Shown one piece after another: positions 38,550 through 49,181 of a DNA stretch of 64,000 nucleotides. The stretch's first letter is position 1. Every line of letters begins with the position of its first letter. This DNA is from Bacteroidota bacterium (lineage in GTDB: Bacteria; Bacteroidota; Bacteroidia; Chitinophagales; Saprospiraceae), in assembly GCA_041164265.1 (NCBI GenBank), contig JBEAPR010000067.1:425-64424 (forward strand), written 5' to 3'. The translations under genes and the position numbers were made by a program. The notes under the pieces are model-generated. The model saw only the letters and a program-made list of their open reading frames with translations, made no database searches and was not told the origin of the DNA.

Positions 38550-39031
38550 TATCCAGTATCAATATTTTTTAGTGCTTTTGTTTGAAAGGTAATTTGACCT
38601 ACATGGTATGAAAAATGTTCAATGACGTGAACGATTATGGAAAGGCCATATTCTTCAAATCCCTGAACATGGTATTTTAGTATTAGTTTTTCTTTGTTTA
38701 GTTGTTTCAGAGCTAGGGTTATCTGATCAGACAATTGGTTTAACTTTTCAAAAAGCTCTTCTTTTGATATATTTTGTTGAGGCGTAAATTCTAAACTTCT
38801 ATTTCTTGTATCCGGATAATTTAGAAAAGGAGCGATCAACCATTGAGTTACATTTCCTTCCAGATGTAGAATTAAATTACCTATGCTATTAGAATTGGTA
38901 TTAGGACTGAGCCAAATTTCTGCTTCACTTAAATAACCCAAACATTTAGAGATTCTAGGGATAGACTCTTCTAAAAGCCTTCTTTTTAGCTCTTGAGCTA
39001 AAATTTCGAATTGTAACTGAGAAATATCCAA
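38525..39031 (-). CDS. DinB-superfamily (DUF1572-like) protein
   Basis: Four-helix-bundle His pattern: LILHLEGNVTQW, HVIEHFSYHVGQI. Confidence 0.65.
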   Translation of the reverse strand: MDISQLQFEILAQELKRRLLEESIPRISKCLGYLSEAEIWLSPNTNSNSIGNLILHLEGNVTQWLIAPFLNYPDTRNRSLEFTPQQNISKEELFEKLNQLSDQITLALKQLNKEKLILKYHVQGFEEYGLSIIVHVIEHFSYHVGQITFQTKALKNIDTGYYSGMDLG

Positions 39032-39044
39032 ACCAACATTGTAT

Positions 39045-39791
39045 TTAAGTGGTCATAGCACCACAGATACTAATAGTTTGACCGGAAATGAAAGATGCAT
39101 TATCAGAAGCTAGGAATACACATAAATCGGCAACCTCTTCTGCTTTCCCTAGTCTTTTCAAAGGTATATTAGCTAGATAAGCTGATTTGGTTTCCTCATT
39201 CAATTCGTCGGTCATCTCTGTTTCAATAAACCCTGGAGCTATTGCATTACATCGGATATTTCTACTGCCCATTTCTTTTGCAATGGATTTTGTAAATCCA
39301 AATATTCCTGCTTTGGATGCTGCATAATTTGATTGTCCAGCATTACCTGTAATTCCAACAACAGAGCTGATATTGATTATAGAACCTCCACCTGATTTCA
39401 TCATTGGTCGGATACTGTGTTTGGTTAAGTTAAATACACTTTTTAGGTTGACCTCTATCACTTGGTCCCACTGCTCTTCTGTCATCCGCAACAATAAGGT
39501 ATCTTTTGTAATACCCGCATTGTTAATCAAAATATCAATTCCTCCTAATTCTTTGACCACCTCATTGACCAATTGATTAGCTGCTTCGAAATTAGAGGCA
39601 TCTGAAGAAAGAGCGATTACTTTACCTTCGGTTTTTCCTAATGATTGTATTAATTGTTCTGCTTCTACTTTAGAAGATCTATAGGTAAAAGCTACGTGTG
39701 CACCATTTTCAGCAAAAGTTTTAACAATTGCAGCACCGATGCCTCTGGAACCTCCGGTAATAAGTGTATTTTTTCCTTTTAATGAAATCAT
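39045..39791 (-). CDS. fabG: 3-oxoacyl-[acyl-carrier-protein] reductase FabG
   Basis: TGGSRGIGAAI, NNAGIT, the S...YAASKAG catalytic triad and PGFIETEMT. The start is taken at Met7 of the listed ORF. Confidence 0.9.
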   Translation of the reverse strand: MISLKGKNTLITGGSRGIGAAIVKTFAENGAHVAFTYRSSKVEAEQLIQSLGKTEGKVIALSSDASNFEAANQLVNEVVKELGGIDILINNAGITKDTLLLRMTEEQWDQVIEVNLKSVFNLTKHSIRPMMKSGGGSIINISSVVGITGNAGQSNYAASKAGIFGFTKSIAKEMGSRNIRCNAIAPGFIETEMTDELNEETKSAYLANIPLKRLGKAEEVADLCVFLASDNASFISGQTISICGAMTT

Positions 39792-39824
39792 GATGTAAGA
39801 TTTTATCAAAAATAGCCTTTCATT

Positions 39825-42638
39825 TTACGAAATAGTTATTTTTTCCTTTAAAAATGCTCCTGTATATGATTTGGAACAACTTATTAATTCTTCTGGAGGT
39901 CCTTCGAAAAGCAAATATCCTCCATTAATTCCGCCATCTGGACCTAAATCAATTACCCAATCAGCACATTTTATTATATCGAGATTGTGTTCTACAATAA
40001 CAACAGAATGTCCATTTTCAATCAAATTATTAAAGGCGTCAAGGAGCTTTTTAATATCGTGAAAATGAAGCCCAGTTGTAGGTTCATCAAAAATAAATAA
40101 GAGATGTTCATCTTGTTTTTCCCTTCCAATAAAGGAAGCTAGTTTGACGCGTTGAGCTTCTCCTCCAGAAAGGGTACTAGATGATTGCCCTAATTTGATA
40201 TAACCTAAGCCAACTTTTTCTAAAGGCAATAATTTATAATAGATTTCTTTTTCGTCTTCGAAGAATTGTAAAGCTTCTTCTACACTCATATCTAAAATGT
40301 CTGCGATATTCTTTTCCTTATAAGTGACTTCAAGAACCTCTTTTTTAAATCTTTTTCCTTCGCAATTTTCACACTGTAGTCTAATATCTGCAAGGAATTG
40401 CATTTCAATAATTTGCTCTCCTTCTCCTTTGCATAAATCGCATCTTCCGCCATCTACATTAAAAGAAAAATGTTTAGGCTTATATCCTCTGATGTGGGAA
40501 ATTTGCCTATCTGCCATGAGCTGCCTGATGGAATCGTAAGCTTTTACATAAGTCACAGGATTGCTTCTCGAAGATTTGCCAATGGGATGTTGGTTGACCA
40601 TTTCTATTCCGGTTATGGAAGAAAGTGAACCTGTTAACTGTTCAAAACTACCTGGAGATTTTTTAGTGGGTAAATCTAAGTGGCTAAGTAATGCCGGATA
40701 TAAAATATCTTTAATTAAGCTGGTTTTTCCAGATCCGGATACACCAGACACCACCGTCATTACTTCTAGTGGAATTTGAACATCTATATTTTTGAGGTTG
40801 TTTTGCCTGGCACCTGTTATTTTAATAAAGCGTTTGGGCGTTCTTCTAGATAAGGGAAGTGGAATTTTTAATTTTCCATTTAAATAGGAAGTTGTTAAAG
40901 AGTCTTCTTTTGTATAGGTGGAAATTTGTGAAAAAGGACCTGCAAAGACTACCCTGCCTCCGTGTATTCCTGCACCAGGTCCTATATCTACAAGGTAATC
41001 AGCGTTTCTTATAAGGTCTTCTTCATGTTCAACTACGATAACCGTATTGCCCTTGTCTCTTAACACCTTTAGTACTTCTACTAATCGCGAAGTATCTTTA
41101 GGGTGAAGCCCTACACTTGGTTCATCAAGTATATACATAGAATTAGTTAGGTGGGAACCTAACATTCTTGTGAGATTTATTCTCTGTGTTTCCCCCCCCG
41201 AAAGGGTAGAAGATAATCTGTTTAGCGTTAAATAATTTAATCCAAGTTGTAGCATAAAATCTAATCGAGTATGAATTTCGAGTAAGATTCTTTTAGCAAT
41301 TTTTTGATCGTAGGAATTGAAGGAAAGACCTGAAAAGAACTGATATAACTGATCCACTGGTAGTTCCACTAAATCACCAATACTCTTATCTGCTATTTTG
41401 ACAAACAAAGCTTCTTCTCTCAATCTGGAACCATCACAGACGGGACATTTTGTTCTTCCCCTGTATCTAGCTAACATGACCCTATTTTGTATTTTATATA
41501 ATTTCTCTTGTAATTCTTCAAAAAAGGAATCAATTCCTGCAAAGAATTGATTGCCTCTCCAAAGAAGTTTTCTCTGTGATTTGGATAGCTCTTGATAAGG
41601 AGTATGAATAGGGAAATCAAATAGATGGGCATTTTCTATAAGTTGATTCAGCCATTGCCCATATTTTTCTCCTTTCCAGCAAACAATTGCTTCTTCGTAA
41701 ACTGATAAGGAGGGATTGGGAACTACTTTTTTTTCATCAATGCCCATAACCATGCTAAATCCCTCACATTTGGGGCAAGCTCCGTATGGATTGTTAAAAT
41801 TGAATAGATGCGGAGTAGGTTCTGGAAAAGTTTTTCCATTTAATTCAAACCTATTATTAAAGTCTTTAATTTCTCCCGAATCTGTCCACACCAAACAAGT
41901 TCCATTAGATTCCGAGAAAGCTGTTAAAATAGAGTCTGCTATTCTATTAACCAATCCTTCATCCCCATTTCGGTAAACCAATCTATCAATGATCAACATG
42001 ATATGGTCATTATTCGGCAATACTTCTTCTTTATCCAAAATTGACTGGATATCAAAAGTTTTGTTACCACTAAAGATTCGTGTAAATCCTTTTTGCAGCG
42101 CCAAAGTCAGTAGTTTACCTATAGAATCTCCTCTTGATAAGGGACTAAATATTTGGATTTTTGTCCCATCCTTTAATCCTTTTATGAAATCTACTACATC
42201 GCTAACCTCATTTTTTCTGACTTCTTCTCCAGATTCTGGATCATAGGTTTTTCCTATTCTAGCATACAATAGTCTCAAAAAATCATAAATTTCAGTCAAA
42301 GTCCCTACCGTTGAACGGGCATTTCGTGTCGTTACCTTTTGCTCTATCGCAATAGCAGGGCAAATCCCTTTTATAAAGTCAACTTCAGGCTTTTTCATCC
42401 GCATCAAAAACTGCCTGGCATATGAAGAAAGGCTTTCTACATAGCGTCTTTGGCCTTCAGCAAACAACGTATCTATAGTTAGAGAAGATTTCCCAGAACC
42501 GGATACACCAGTAAATACAACCAATTTATTTTTTGGAATACCTATTTCAATATTTGATAAATTATTGGCTCTTGCTCCTTTTATATGGATAAAGTTAGCT
42601 CCTTTTATATCGCTTAATTTCGTGGGGATTTGTTGCAT
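39825..42638 (-). CDS. uvrA: Excinuclease ABC subunit UvrA
   Basis: Two ABC modules (GVSGSGKSSL twice, LSGGEAQRV/LSGGETQRI, LYILDEPS/LFIFDEPT) and zinc-finger Cys pairs. 937 aa. Confidence 0.95.
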   Translation of the reverse strand: MQQIPTKLSDIKGANFIHIKGARANNLSNIEIGIPKNKLVVFTGVSGSGKSSLTIDTLFAEGQRRYVESLSSYARQFLMRMKKPEVDFIKGICPAIAIEQKVTTRNARSTVGTLTEIYDFLRLLYARIGKTYDPESGEEVRKNEVSDVVDFIKGLKDGTKIQIFSPLSRGDSIGKLLTLALQKGFTRIFSGNKTFDIQSILDKEEVLPNNDHIMLIIDRLVYRNGDEGLVNRIADSILTAFSESNGTCLVWTDSGEIKDFNNRFELNGKTFPEPTPHLFNFNNPYGACPKCEGFSMVMGIDEKKVVPNPSLSVYEEAIVCWKGEKYGQWLNQLIENAHLFDFPIHTPYQELSKSQRKLLWRGNQFFAGIDSFFEELQEKLYKIQNRVMLARYRGRTKCPVCDGSRLREEALFVKIADKSIGDLVELPVDQLYQFFSGLSFNSYDQKIAKRILLEIHTRLDFMLQLGLNYLTLNRLSSTLSGGETQRINLTRMLGSHLTNSMYILDEPSVGLHPKDTSRLVEVLKVLRDKGNTVIVVEHEEDLIRNADYLVDIGPGAGIHGGRVVFAGPFSQISTYTKEDSLTTSYLNGKLKIPLPLSRRTPKRFIKITGARQNNLKNIDVQIPLEVMTVVSGVSGSGKTSLIKDILYPALLSHLDLPTKKSPGSFEQLTGSLSSITGIEMVNQHPIGKSSRSNPVTYVKAYDSIRQLMADRQISHIRGYKPKHFSFNVDGGRCDLCKGEGEQIIEMQFLADIRLQCENCEGKRFKKEVLEVTYKEKNIADILDMSVEEALQFFEDEKEIYYKLLPLEKVGLGYIKLGQSSSTLSGGEAQRVKLASFIGREKQDEHLLFIFDEPTTGLHFHDIKKLLDAFNNLIENGHSVVIVEHNLDIIKCADWVIDLGPDGGINGGYLLFEGPPEELISCSKSYTGAFLKEKITIS

Positions 42639-42741
42639 AGTTCTTTATTGCCGCATTTAATGAAAAGTAAACTCAATAAATGACTTTATTGTTTTTTTAC
42701 TTCAAGGGAGAAAAAATATTGAAATAGATAAAAAAAAGACT

Positions 42742-42749
42742 TATATTTG
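42742..42749 (+). promoter_or_regulatory. Candidate -7 promoter box for the ECF sigma gene
   Basis: TATATTTG is an exact TAnnTTTG, with a TTG 20 nt upstream. It lies 92 nt upstream of the ATG, so a long leader would be implied. Confidence 0.3.
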
Positions 42750-42841
42750 ACTCTCATTTTGATCACAAACTAAAATTTAACTATTTGATTTAGACATCTA
42801 CACTAAATAAGTACGAAAACAAATTTAAATCTCTATTTAGT

Positions 42842-43426
42842 ATGGATGCTATTCTGCAAATCAGTGATCAAGAATTAATCACTTCTTATTCTAGTGGAAA
42901 CGACAAAGCTTTTGAAGTTCTCCTAAATCGTTATCAAGAAAAAATTTATACTAGTATTTATCTATTTGTTAAAGACTCTGCTTTAGCTGATGATATTTTC
43001 CAGGAAGTTTTTATCAAGATTATAGAAACCTTAAGAAAAGGAAGATACAATCACGAGGGTAGATTTTTGCAATGGGCGATGAGGATTTCTTACAATATGT
43101 GTGTAGATCATTTTAGAAAAACAAAAAGGAGACCTAAAGTAACTCCCACCGAGACCTTTGATATTCTCGAAGTTTTGAGTGCTAAGGATTTAAATGCAGA
43201 GGATTGTATCATTAGATCCCAGACCCATGATAAAGTAAGGGCTTTGGTGGATAATCTTCCAGCAGAACAGAGAGAAGTAGTCATCTTAAGACATTATGCC
43301 GACTTAAGTTTCAAGGAAATTGCCAAATTGACAAAAGTTAGTATCAATACTGCACTAGGTAGGATGAGATATGCGCTCATCAATATCCGCAGAATGATTG
43401 AAGAAAAAGAATTAGTATTACAATAG
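42842..43426 (+). CDS. RNA polymerase sigma-70 factor, ECF subfamily
   Basis: Region 2 (DIFQEVFIKI, FLQWAMRISYNMCVDHFRK) and region 4 (REVVILRHYADLSFKEIAKLTKVSINTALGRMRYA). Confidence 0.9.
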   Translation: MDAILQISDQELITSYSSGNDKAFEVLLNRYQEKIYTSIYLFVKDSALADDIFQEVFIKIIETLRKGRYNHEGRFLQWAMRISYNMCVDHFRKTKRRPKVTPTETFDILEVLSAKDLNAEDCIIRSQTHDKVRALVDNLPAEQREVVILRHYADLSFKEIAKLTKVSINTALGRMRYALINIRRMIEEKELVLQ

Positions 43427-43429
43427 TCC

Positions 43430-43666
43430 TTATTTTTTTTTGAGAGGGACAGGATCATGTCCATGTGGACCCCAAGGATGGCATTTAAAAATTCTTTTTA
43501 TTCCCATCCATGTTCCTCTCAAAATTCCCCATTCTTCAATGGCCTGAATCATGTAATTAGAACATGTCGGTTGAAATCGACAAGAGGGACCTAATAGTGA
43601 AGATATAGTGTATTGGTAAAATCTAATAGGCAAAATTAAAATCAACTTTAGAAAGCGAATAAGCAT
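43430..43666 (-). CDS. yidD: Membrane protein insertion efficiency factor YidD
   Basis: [19 protein letters not shown]...[11 protein letters not shown] signature. 78 aa. Confidence 0.9.
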   Translation of the reverse strand: MLIRFLKLILILPIRFYQYTISSLLGPSCRFQPTCSNYMIQAIEEWGILRGTWMGIKRIFKCHPWGPHGHDPVPLKKK

Positions 43667-43669
43667 TTT

Positions 43670-44185
43670 TTAGAATTTAACAGTGTTCATTTCATCTCCT
43701 CTTTGCATAATCATTACCGCTTTTTTTTCATCTGGTCCAATTACTGTTATAATATTTTTTTGATCCTCAAATATATTCAACAACAAGTCATTGTAAATAG
43801 TAATTTGAGTAGGGTAGGGAACCTTCGTCGCTTCCATATAGCACCACATGGCTATATAATCACCAGCAGTTTCTTTTCCTAAATACTCATAGGTAATAGG
43901 GTGTCCATTAACTTCAATTTTGAAGTGTTCTTCCAAAAATTTCGATACTGATAACTCTGCGATTGGAGATTCCTTAGCGGTAAGTAAGAAGAGAGAATCC
44001 CTGCCCTCTAGTGCCATAGATTGCTCTAAATCATCTAAAAATAAGTGGAGGCTGATTTGAAAAGTTGATGATTCTGGTTTGTATTCAACGAGACACTTAC
44101 TGATATGAAAATCGTGATCAATTGATAAAAGTGGCGTATACTCTAGCTTCCAGAAATTTGAAATTAAAAATAATGTAATCCACAT
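43670..44185 (-). CDS. Hypothetical protein paired with the HupE/UreJ-like membrane protein
   Basis: N-terminal hydrophobic segment. No motif I recognise. 10 nt downstream of the HupE-like gene. Confidence 0.45.
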   Translation of the reverse strand: MWITLFLISNFWKLEYTPLLSIDHDFHISKCLVEYKPESSTFQISLHLFLDDLEQSMALEGRDSLFLLTAKESPIAELSVSKFLEEHFKIEVNGHPITYEYLGKETAGDYIAMWCYMEATKVPYPTQITIYNDLLLNIFEDQKNIITVIGPDEKKAVMIMQRGDEMNTVKF

Positions 44186-44195
44186 TAGACTTTAT

Positions 44196-44780
44196 TTATG
44201 GAATCCGTTCTATGATCATAGCAATTGACAATCCGGCAGTTGCACCGGATATAAAAAGATTCCATTCTCTTACCTTAACCTTTATAATCTCTAAAAAAAC
44301 ATAGGTTAAACCAAGAATGAAAGCAATAATAATCAATTGACCTAATTCTACTCCAAGATTGAAAGCCAATAGTTGAGTAATAAATCCTTCATCGATACCT
44401 GGTATTGCGGCAGAACGGAAAAAATTAGAAAATCCCATTCCATGAATCAATCCAAAAAATACAGCTAAACTGTATTTTATTGATATACTAACATAACTAG
44501 ACCTTCTATTATAAACGTTATACAATGCGGTAAGCAGTATAGTTAAAGGAATGAGAAATTCAATCAGTGCACTGTCTACAGATACCAAATCCAAAGCTGA
44601 TAGGGCTAAGGTTACGGAGTGACCAAAGGTGAAGGAAGTAGCCAAGATGGCTACCTTTTTCCATTCACTGATTTGGTAAATTGCACAGAGTGCAATCACA
44701 AATAAGATATGATCATACCCATTTATATCTAGAATATGATCAAATCCAAGACCCAGATAAATGCTAAATTCAGATTCCAA
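44196..44780 (-). CDS. HupE/UreJ-family membrane protein
   Basis: Six hydrophobic helices, with G(F)DHILD(x)N-like GLGFDHILDINGYDHILF and HGMGFS blocks typical of HupE_UreJ_2-type proteins. Confidence 0.6.
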   Translation of the reverse strand: MESEFSIYLGLGFDHILDINGYDHILFVIALCAIYQISEWKKVAILATSFTFGHSVTLALSALDLVSVDSALIEFLIPLTILLTALYNVYNRRSSYVSISIKYSLAVFFGLIHGMGFSNFFRSAAIPGIDEGFITQLLAFNLGVELGQLIIIAFILGLTYVFLEIIKVKVREWNLFISGATAGLSIAMIIERIP

Positions 44781-44791
44781 AATTCAGCTAA

Positions 44792-46105
44792 TTAGTAACG
44801 GTAATAATCTGGTTTATATGGTCCTTCTACATTGACTCCAATATAGGATGCTTGATCTTTATCTAGCTCTTCTAATTCAACTCCAATTTTTGCCAAATGA
44901 AGTCTAGCAACTTCTTCATCTAAATGTTTAGGTAGAACATGTACTTGATTCTCGTATTTGTCTGGTTGAGTAAACAATTCAATCTGAGCCAAGACCTGAT
45001 TGGTAAATGAGTTAGACATTACAAAAGAAGGATGTCCAGTAGCACAGCCGAGGTTAACCAAACGACCTTCTGCAAGCAAAATAATATCTTTTCCATCGAT
45101 GGTGTATTTATCTACCTGCGGTTTGATGTTTACCAAAGAATTCCCATAATTTTTATTTAACCAAGCTACATCAATTTCATTGTCAAAATGTCCAATATTA
45201 CAAACAATGGTTTTGTCTTTCATGGCTTTAAAATGGGTGCCATTAACTATGTCTTTATTTCCAGTTGCAGTGATTACAATATCGGCTCTTGGAATAGCAG
45301 TTGACATTTTCTTTACTTCATATCCATCCATTGCGGCTTGCAAAGCACAAATTGGGTCAATTTCTGTGACAATTACTCTACAACCTGCTCCTCTTAACGA
45401 AGCTGCTGTTCCTTTTCCAACGTCGCCATAACCCGCAACAACAGCTACTTTGCCAGCCATCATAATATCCGTTGCTCTTCTTATAGCATCCACGGCAGAT
45501 TCTTTACAACCGTATTTGTTGTCAAACTTCGACTTGGTTACCGAATCGTTGATATTGATAGCTGGAATAGGAAGTGTTCCCTTCTGAACTCTTTCATACA
45601 ACCTTAATACTCCTGTAGTCGTTTCTTCGCTAAGTCCAAGAATACCATCAACAAGCTCTGGATGATGATCTAGAACCATATTGGTTAAATCACCTCCATC
45701 ATCAAGAATCATATTTAGTGGTTGGCCATCTTCAAAGGCAAATAAGGTCTGTTCTATACACCACCAAAATTCTTCTTCATTCATTCCTTTCCATGCGTAA
45801 ACGGGTACTCCAGTAGCAGCAATAGCAGCAGCCGCGTGGTCTTGAGTTGAAAAAATATTACATGAAGACCAACTCACCTCTGCTCCTAAAGCAGTTAGGG
45901 TCTCGATTAAAACGGCAGTCTGAATAGTCATGTGCAAACAACCTGCGATTCGAGCACCTTTAAGAGGTTGGCTAGGACCGTATTTTTCACGAAGTGCAAT
46001 CAATCCTGGCATTTCAGCTTCAGCTAGCTCAATTTCTTTTCTACCCCACTCCGCTAGGGAAATGTCTTTTACCTTGTAAGTTGTTTTTTTTTCTGCAACT
46101 TGCAT
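44792..46105 (-). CDS. ahcY: Adenosylhomocysteinase
   Basis: Near-canonical AhcY blocks [30 protein letters not shown]-like [24 protein letters not shown] and C-terminal PYKPDYYRY. Confidence 0.97.
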   Translation of the reverse strand: MQVAEKKTTYKVKDISLAEWGRKEIELAEAEMPGLIALREKYGPSQPLKGARIAGCLHMTIQTAVLIETLTALGAEVSWSSCNIFSTQDHAAAAIAATGVPVYAWKGMNEEEFWWCIEQTLFAFEDGQPLNMILDDGGDLTNMVLDHHPELVDGILGLSEETTTGVLRLYERVQKGTLPIPAININDSVTKSKFDNKYGCKESAVDAIRRATDIMMAGKVAVVAGYGDVGKGTAASLRGAGCRVIVTEIDPICALQAAMDGYEVKKMSTAIPRADIVITATGNKDIVNGTHFKAMKDKTIVCNIGHFDNEIDVAWLNKNYGNSLVNIKPQVDKYTIDGKDIILLAEGRLVNLGCATGHPSFVMSNSFTNQVLAQIELFTQPDKYENQVHVLPKHLDEEVARLHLAKIGVELEELDKDQASYIGVNVEGPYKPDYYRY

Positions 46106-46135
46106 TTTTTTTCGATTTAGATTTAATTTAATTAA

Positions 46136-46504
46136 TTATTCAAATAAGGCCTCCATCAGTAACACTGCTGCTGCAGGATTAGTTGCTAGAGGAATGTTAT
46201 ATACATCACAAAGCCTCATCAACATACTAACATCAACTTCATGAGGATGTTTACCAAGAGGGTCCCTAAAAAAAATGACCATAGCTAGTTCACCTTCTAC
46301 AATTTTACTAGCAATTTGAGCATCACCACCCATAGGCCCTGAAGCTAATTTTTCAACTTGTAAACCTGCTTTTTCAATATGGCTGCCCGTTGTTCCAGTA
46401 GCTACCATTTCGATTTTTTTATTTTTAAACTTCTCGAAATAGTCTTTAACAAACGCCACCATTTCCGCTTTTTTGCCGTCGTGAGCAATAAGAGCAATTT
46501 TCAT
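46136..46504 (-). CDS. mgsA: Methylglyoxal synthase
   Basis: IALIAHDGKK, ATGTTG, GPMGGDAQI and HEVDV blocks. 122 aa. Confidence 0.9.
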   Translation of the reverse strand: MKIALIAHDGKKAEMVAFVKDYFEKFKNKKIEMVATGTTGSHIEKAGLQVEKLASGPMGGDAQIASKIVEGELAMVIFFRDPLGKHPHEVDVSMLMRLCDVYNIPLATNPAAAVLLMEALFE

Positions 46505-46564
46505 TTAAATTTTTCCTTTGAAAACAAAAATACCATTTAATCATTTGTTAGAATGACGAATAGC

Positions 46565-46572
46565 TATTTTTG
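46565..46572 (+). promoter_or_regulatory. Candidate -7 promoter box for the DUF2911 gene
   Basis: TATTTTTG (TAnnTTTG) lies 34 nt upstream of the ATG at 46607. TTTG at 46544-46547. Confidence 0.4.
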
Positions 46573-46606
46573 TAGCAATTATTAATAATAAAAAAACAAA
46601 AAGTAA

Positions 46607-47452
46607 ATGAAAAAGTATTTTTCTTTAATGTTTGCTGTCTCAATGATTTTAACTAGCAATCTTTTTGGTCAATTTAGGACGCCTTCTGCAAGTCCTACAG
46701 CGACTATATCCCAAACTGTTGGTTTGACGCAAGTATCTGTTGAGTATTCAAGACCTTCAATGAAGGGAAGGGCAATTTTTGGAGAAAATGGTTTGGTACC
46801 TTTTGGAACAGTATGGAGAACAGGAGCCAATTCAGCTACCAAAATTGAATTTTCAGAAGATGTAAAAGTTGGTGAGCATGACCTCAAAGCTGGTGCTTAT
46901 GCAGTATTGAGCGTTCCAGGTTCTAAGGAATGGGAAGTTATGTTTTTCCCTTACGAAAGCTCAAATTGGGGAAGTTATCCTGGTAAAACTCCTGCAGCTA
47001 CTGTTAAGATAATTGCAGGCTCCACCTCTAGTGCTTATGAGACCTTTACTATCGAACTAGCTCATCTTTCAAATGATGGGGCTCACTTGGTAATGAAATG
47101 GGAAAACACCAAAATTGCCATTCCCTTATCGGTTCACACCCAAAAACAGGTGGCTGCAAGTTTTGAAAAAATGATGGCAGGTCCTTCTAACGGGGAATAC
47201 TACAATTATGGTGTTTATTTGGCTGAAACAGGAGGAGACCTAAATAAGGCCTTAGAATTTGTTCAAAAGGTTACCAATAGTGAAAACCCTATGTATTGGC
47301 ATAAGAGACAGGAATCTTTAATACTCGCTAAATTAGGCAAAAATGAAGAGGCTATTGCTGCGGCTAGGGTTTCTATAGAACTTGCTAAGAAGGCAGGAAG
47401 TGAAGATTATGTAAGAATGAATGAGAAATCCATAGCAGAGTGGACCAATTAA
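46607..47452 (+). CDS. DUF2911-domain secreted protein with C-terminal helical (TPR-like) region
   Basis: Signal peptide. Block FGTVWRTGANSATKIEFSEDVKVGEHDLKAGAYAV, characteristic of DUF2911 as I recall it. Confidence 0.6.
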   Translation: MKKYFSLMFAVSMILTSNLFGQFRTPSASPTATISQTVGLTQVSVEYSRPSMKGRAIFGENGLVPFGTVWRTGANSATKIEFSEDVKVGEHDLKAGAYAVLSVPGSKEWEVMFFPYESSNWGSYPGKTPAATVKIIAGSTSSAYETFTIELAHLSNDGAHLVMKWENTKIAIPLSVHTQKQVAASFEKMMAGPSNGEYYNYGVYLAETGGDLNKALEFVQKVTNSENPMYWHKRQESLILAKLGKNEEAIAAARVSIELAKKAGSEDYVRMNEKSIAEWTN

Positions 47453-47459
47453 ATGAATT

Positions 47460-47488
47460 AAGAATAGCCCTTAAAAAGGGCTATTCTT
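47460..47488. terminator. Perfect 13-bp hairpin between convergent genes (bidirectional terminator candidate)
   Basis: AAGAATAGCCCTT-AAA-AAGGGCTATTCTT. There is no long U-tract on either side. Confidence 0.6.
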
Positions 47489-47594
47489 AACTGTAAACAT
47501 TTGCGCTATTAACTTTAAAATCTTTCCTTACAATTGCTTTCTTTTGAATGAATCTTCAAGGAATACTAGAGCATATATACAGTAATTAATTTTT

Positions 47595-49106
47595 TTAGTT
47601 TTCATAGCACCCAATACTGGGCTGATTAACATCTCGAAGATTACCTTCTATATCTATATTGATACTGTAAAAATCATTAATTGGAATACCTGCTCCTTTA
47701 ACGATAGATAGAGAATCTAAGCTAAAATCAATTTCATCAATATTTTTGAACAGAGGACTATCTGATTCGAGATTCAGACAAGATTGGCAAAGGGTTTCAA
47801 AAAAATCCAAATAAATACTCTTTTCATCGTTAACCAAATCAGTGATTTTAATGGCACAGTGATCAAATTTTACATCAAAAAGATTTTGATTTTCCCGAAG
47901 GGAAATATCGTTCAATACCATTTCATCTTTCCTAGAACCAGCTATGATACAATTGGTAAAGGATGCTTTCAAAGGGTTGGCAACTGCTTCTAAACATCCA
48001 ATCTGACTTCGCTCAATACATATAAAGTTATCTAAATAAAGGGCATCTGCATCCACTCCATAAGAAGCTATAGTGCAATAATTAAAAGTATAATCTCCAC
48101 CTTCTCTCAAATTTACTCCAGTAGAATAGTTAGAATGGATTAGTGTATTGTCTGCCCTTATTTTAGCTTGAATACCAATAATTCCAGAACTAGCTGTATT
48201 TCGTATCCTTGTATTGGCTAAAGTTAAAACGGCTGCAGAATCGGCGTAAATTCCAACATTGGAATTTTTGATAGTAGCATATCTAATCTGATTTCCTTTG
48301 CTCCCACCAGCTAAATAAATACCCCACCATTGGCCTGCTTCTTCCTCAAAAGAAGGTTCTAATCTATCACCTTGGATAACAACTGGATTTTCCTTAGTCC
48401 CTTCCACCGTAATTCTTCCGTCCTGATCGACAATGATTATTCCATCATTATATACGCCAAATAGATCATTTTTTGTAATCCCGCCATGAACGTAAATTTG
48501 TGTCCCGGAAGGAATTACTAGATTACATTCTGAAATCCACAAAATCCCATATACTACATAGGGTTTAGGGTCATCCCAAACGACTTTAGAGCCATTACAG
48601 GGAAGTAAATTGAATTGCCCTGCACTACTTGTAGATGGAAAGTAATTGGCGTTTTGACCCCAAGCTTGAAAAAGAATTTTTTTAACTGCAGATCCGCTCT
48701 TTACTGAAAAATATTCTTCAATCACGAAAGGACTAATACTTAAGGGTTGATCTGGGTCAATAGTTACTTCGGCAAAAACATAAATAGAATCTTGACCGAG
48801 TATTTCAATATCATTGATCACTTTTCCAGCTATTCCATCTACATTAATTCTAAACTTTGAATTAGAACCTGCATCCAAACCAACTTCATCGAGTAAAATA
48901 GGATTTTTGCTACCATTCTTAATTTTGAATGAATAGGTAGCAGACCCACGAGTGGTAAAAATGGTATCGAAAAGAAGGGTATCGACCGAAAATGTAACCT
49001 CATTAAGGTTGCCGCTGATATAAATTTCTTCCTTATTACATCGAGCAAATATTAGAATGGATATCAATAGGATGAGTAAACAATAAGCTGGTTTGAATCG
49101 AGTCAT
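47595..49106 (-). CDS. Right-handed beta-helix (pectin-lyase-fold-like) lipoprotein, probably surface exposed
   Basis: Signal plus Cys followed by NKEE (Bacteroidota surface-export-like). Repeated ~22-aa units with N/G-rich turns (IRNTASSGIIGIQ, IHSNYSTGVNL, FNYCTIASYG, FTNCIIAGS). Confidence 0.55.
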   Translation of the reverse strand: MTRFKPAYCLLILLISILIFARCNKEEIYISGNLNEVTFSVDTLLFDTIFTTRGSATYSFKIKNGSKNPILLDEVGLDAGSNSKFRINVDGIAGKVINDIEILGQDSIYVFAEVTIDPDQPLSISPFVIEEYFSVKSGSAVKKILFQAWGQNANYFPSTSSAGQFNLLPCNGSKVVWDDPKPYVVYGILWISECNLVIPSGTQIYVHGGITKNDLFGVYNDGIIIVDQDGRITVEGTKENPVVIQGDRLEPSFEEEAGQWWGIYLAGGSKGNQIRYATIKNSNVGIYADSAAVLTLANTRIRNTASSGIIGIQAKIRADNTLIHSNYSTGVNLREGGDYTFNYCTIASYGVDADALYLDNFICIERSQIGCLEAVANPLKASFTNCIIAGSRKDEMVLNDISLRENQNLFDVKFDHCAIKITDLVNDEKSIYLDFFETLCQSCLNLESDSPLFKNIDEIDFSLDSLSIVKGAGIPINDFYSINIDIEGNLRDVNQPSIGCYEN

Positions 49107-49181
49107 CTACATTATTCATTTTGTTGCAAAAATAAGATAAAAGAGAGCCTTGAACTAACTTTATTTTTTGACTTTTGCAGA

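Noticed and set aside
29258-39809. Searched for defence-system or mobile-element content around uvrD, the S9 peptidase, DinB and the small HTH protein.
   Set aside because: UvrD has all canonical repair-helicase motifs and sits in a queG/erpA housekeeping string. No nuclease, methylase, toxin-antitoxin or recombinase partner is present.
42820-42827. CAAATTTA (a TAAATTTG box on the minus strand), considered as a promoter for uvrA.
   Set aside because: It lies 182 nt from the uvrA start and only 15 nt from the sigma-factor ATG. At this AT content, chance occurrence of the 8-mer is likely.
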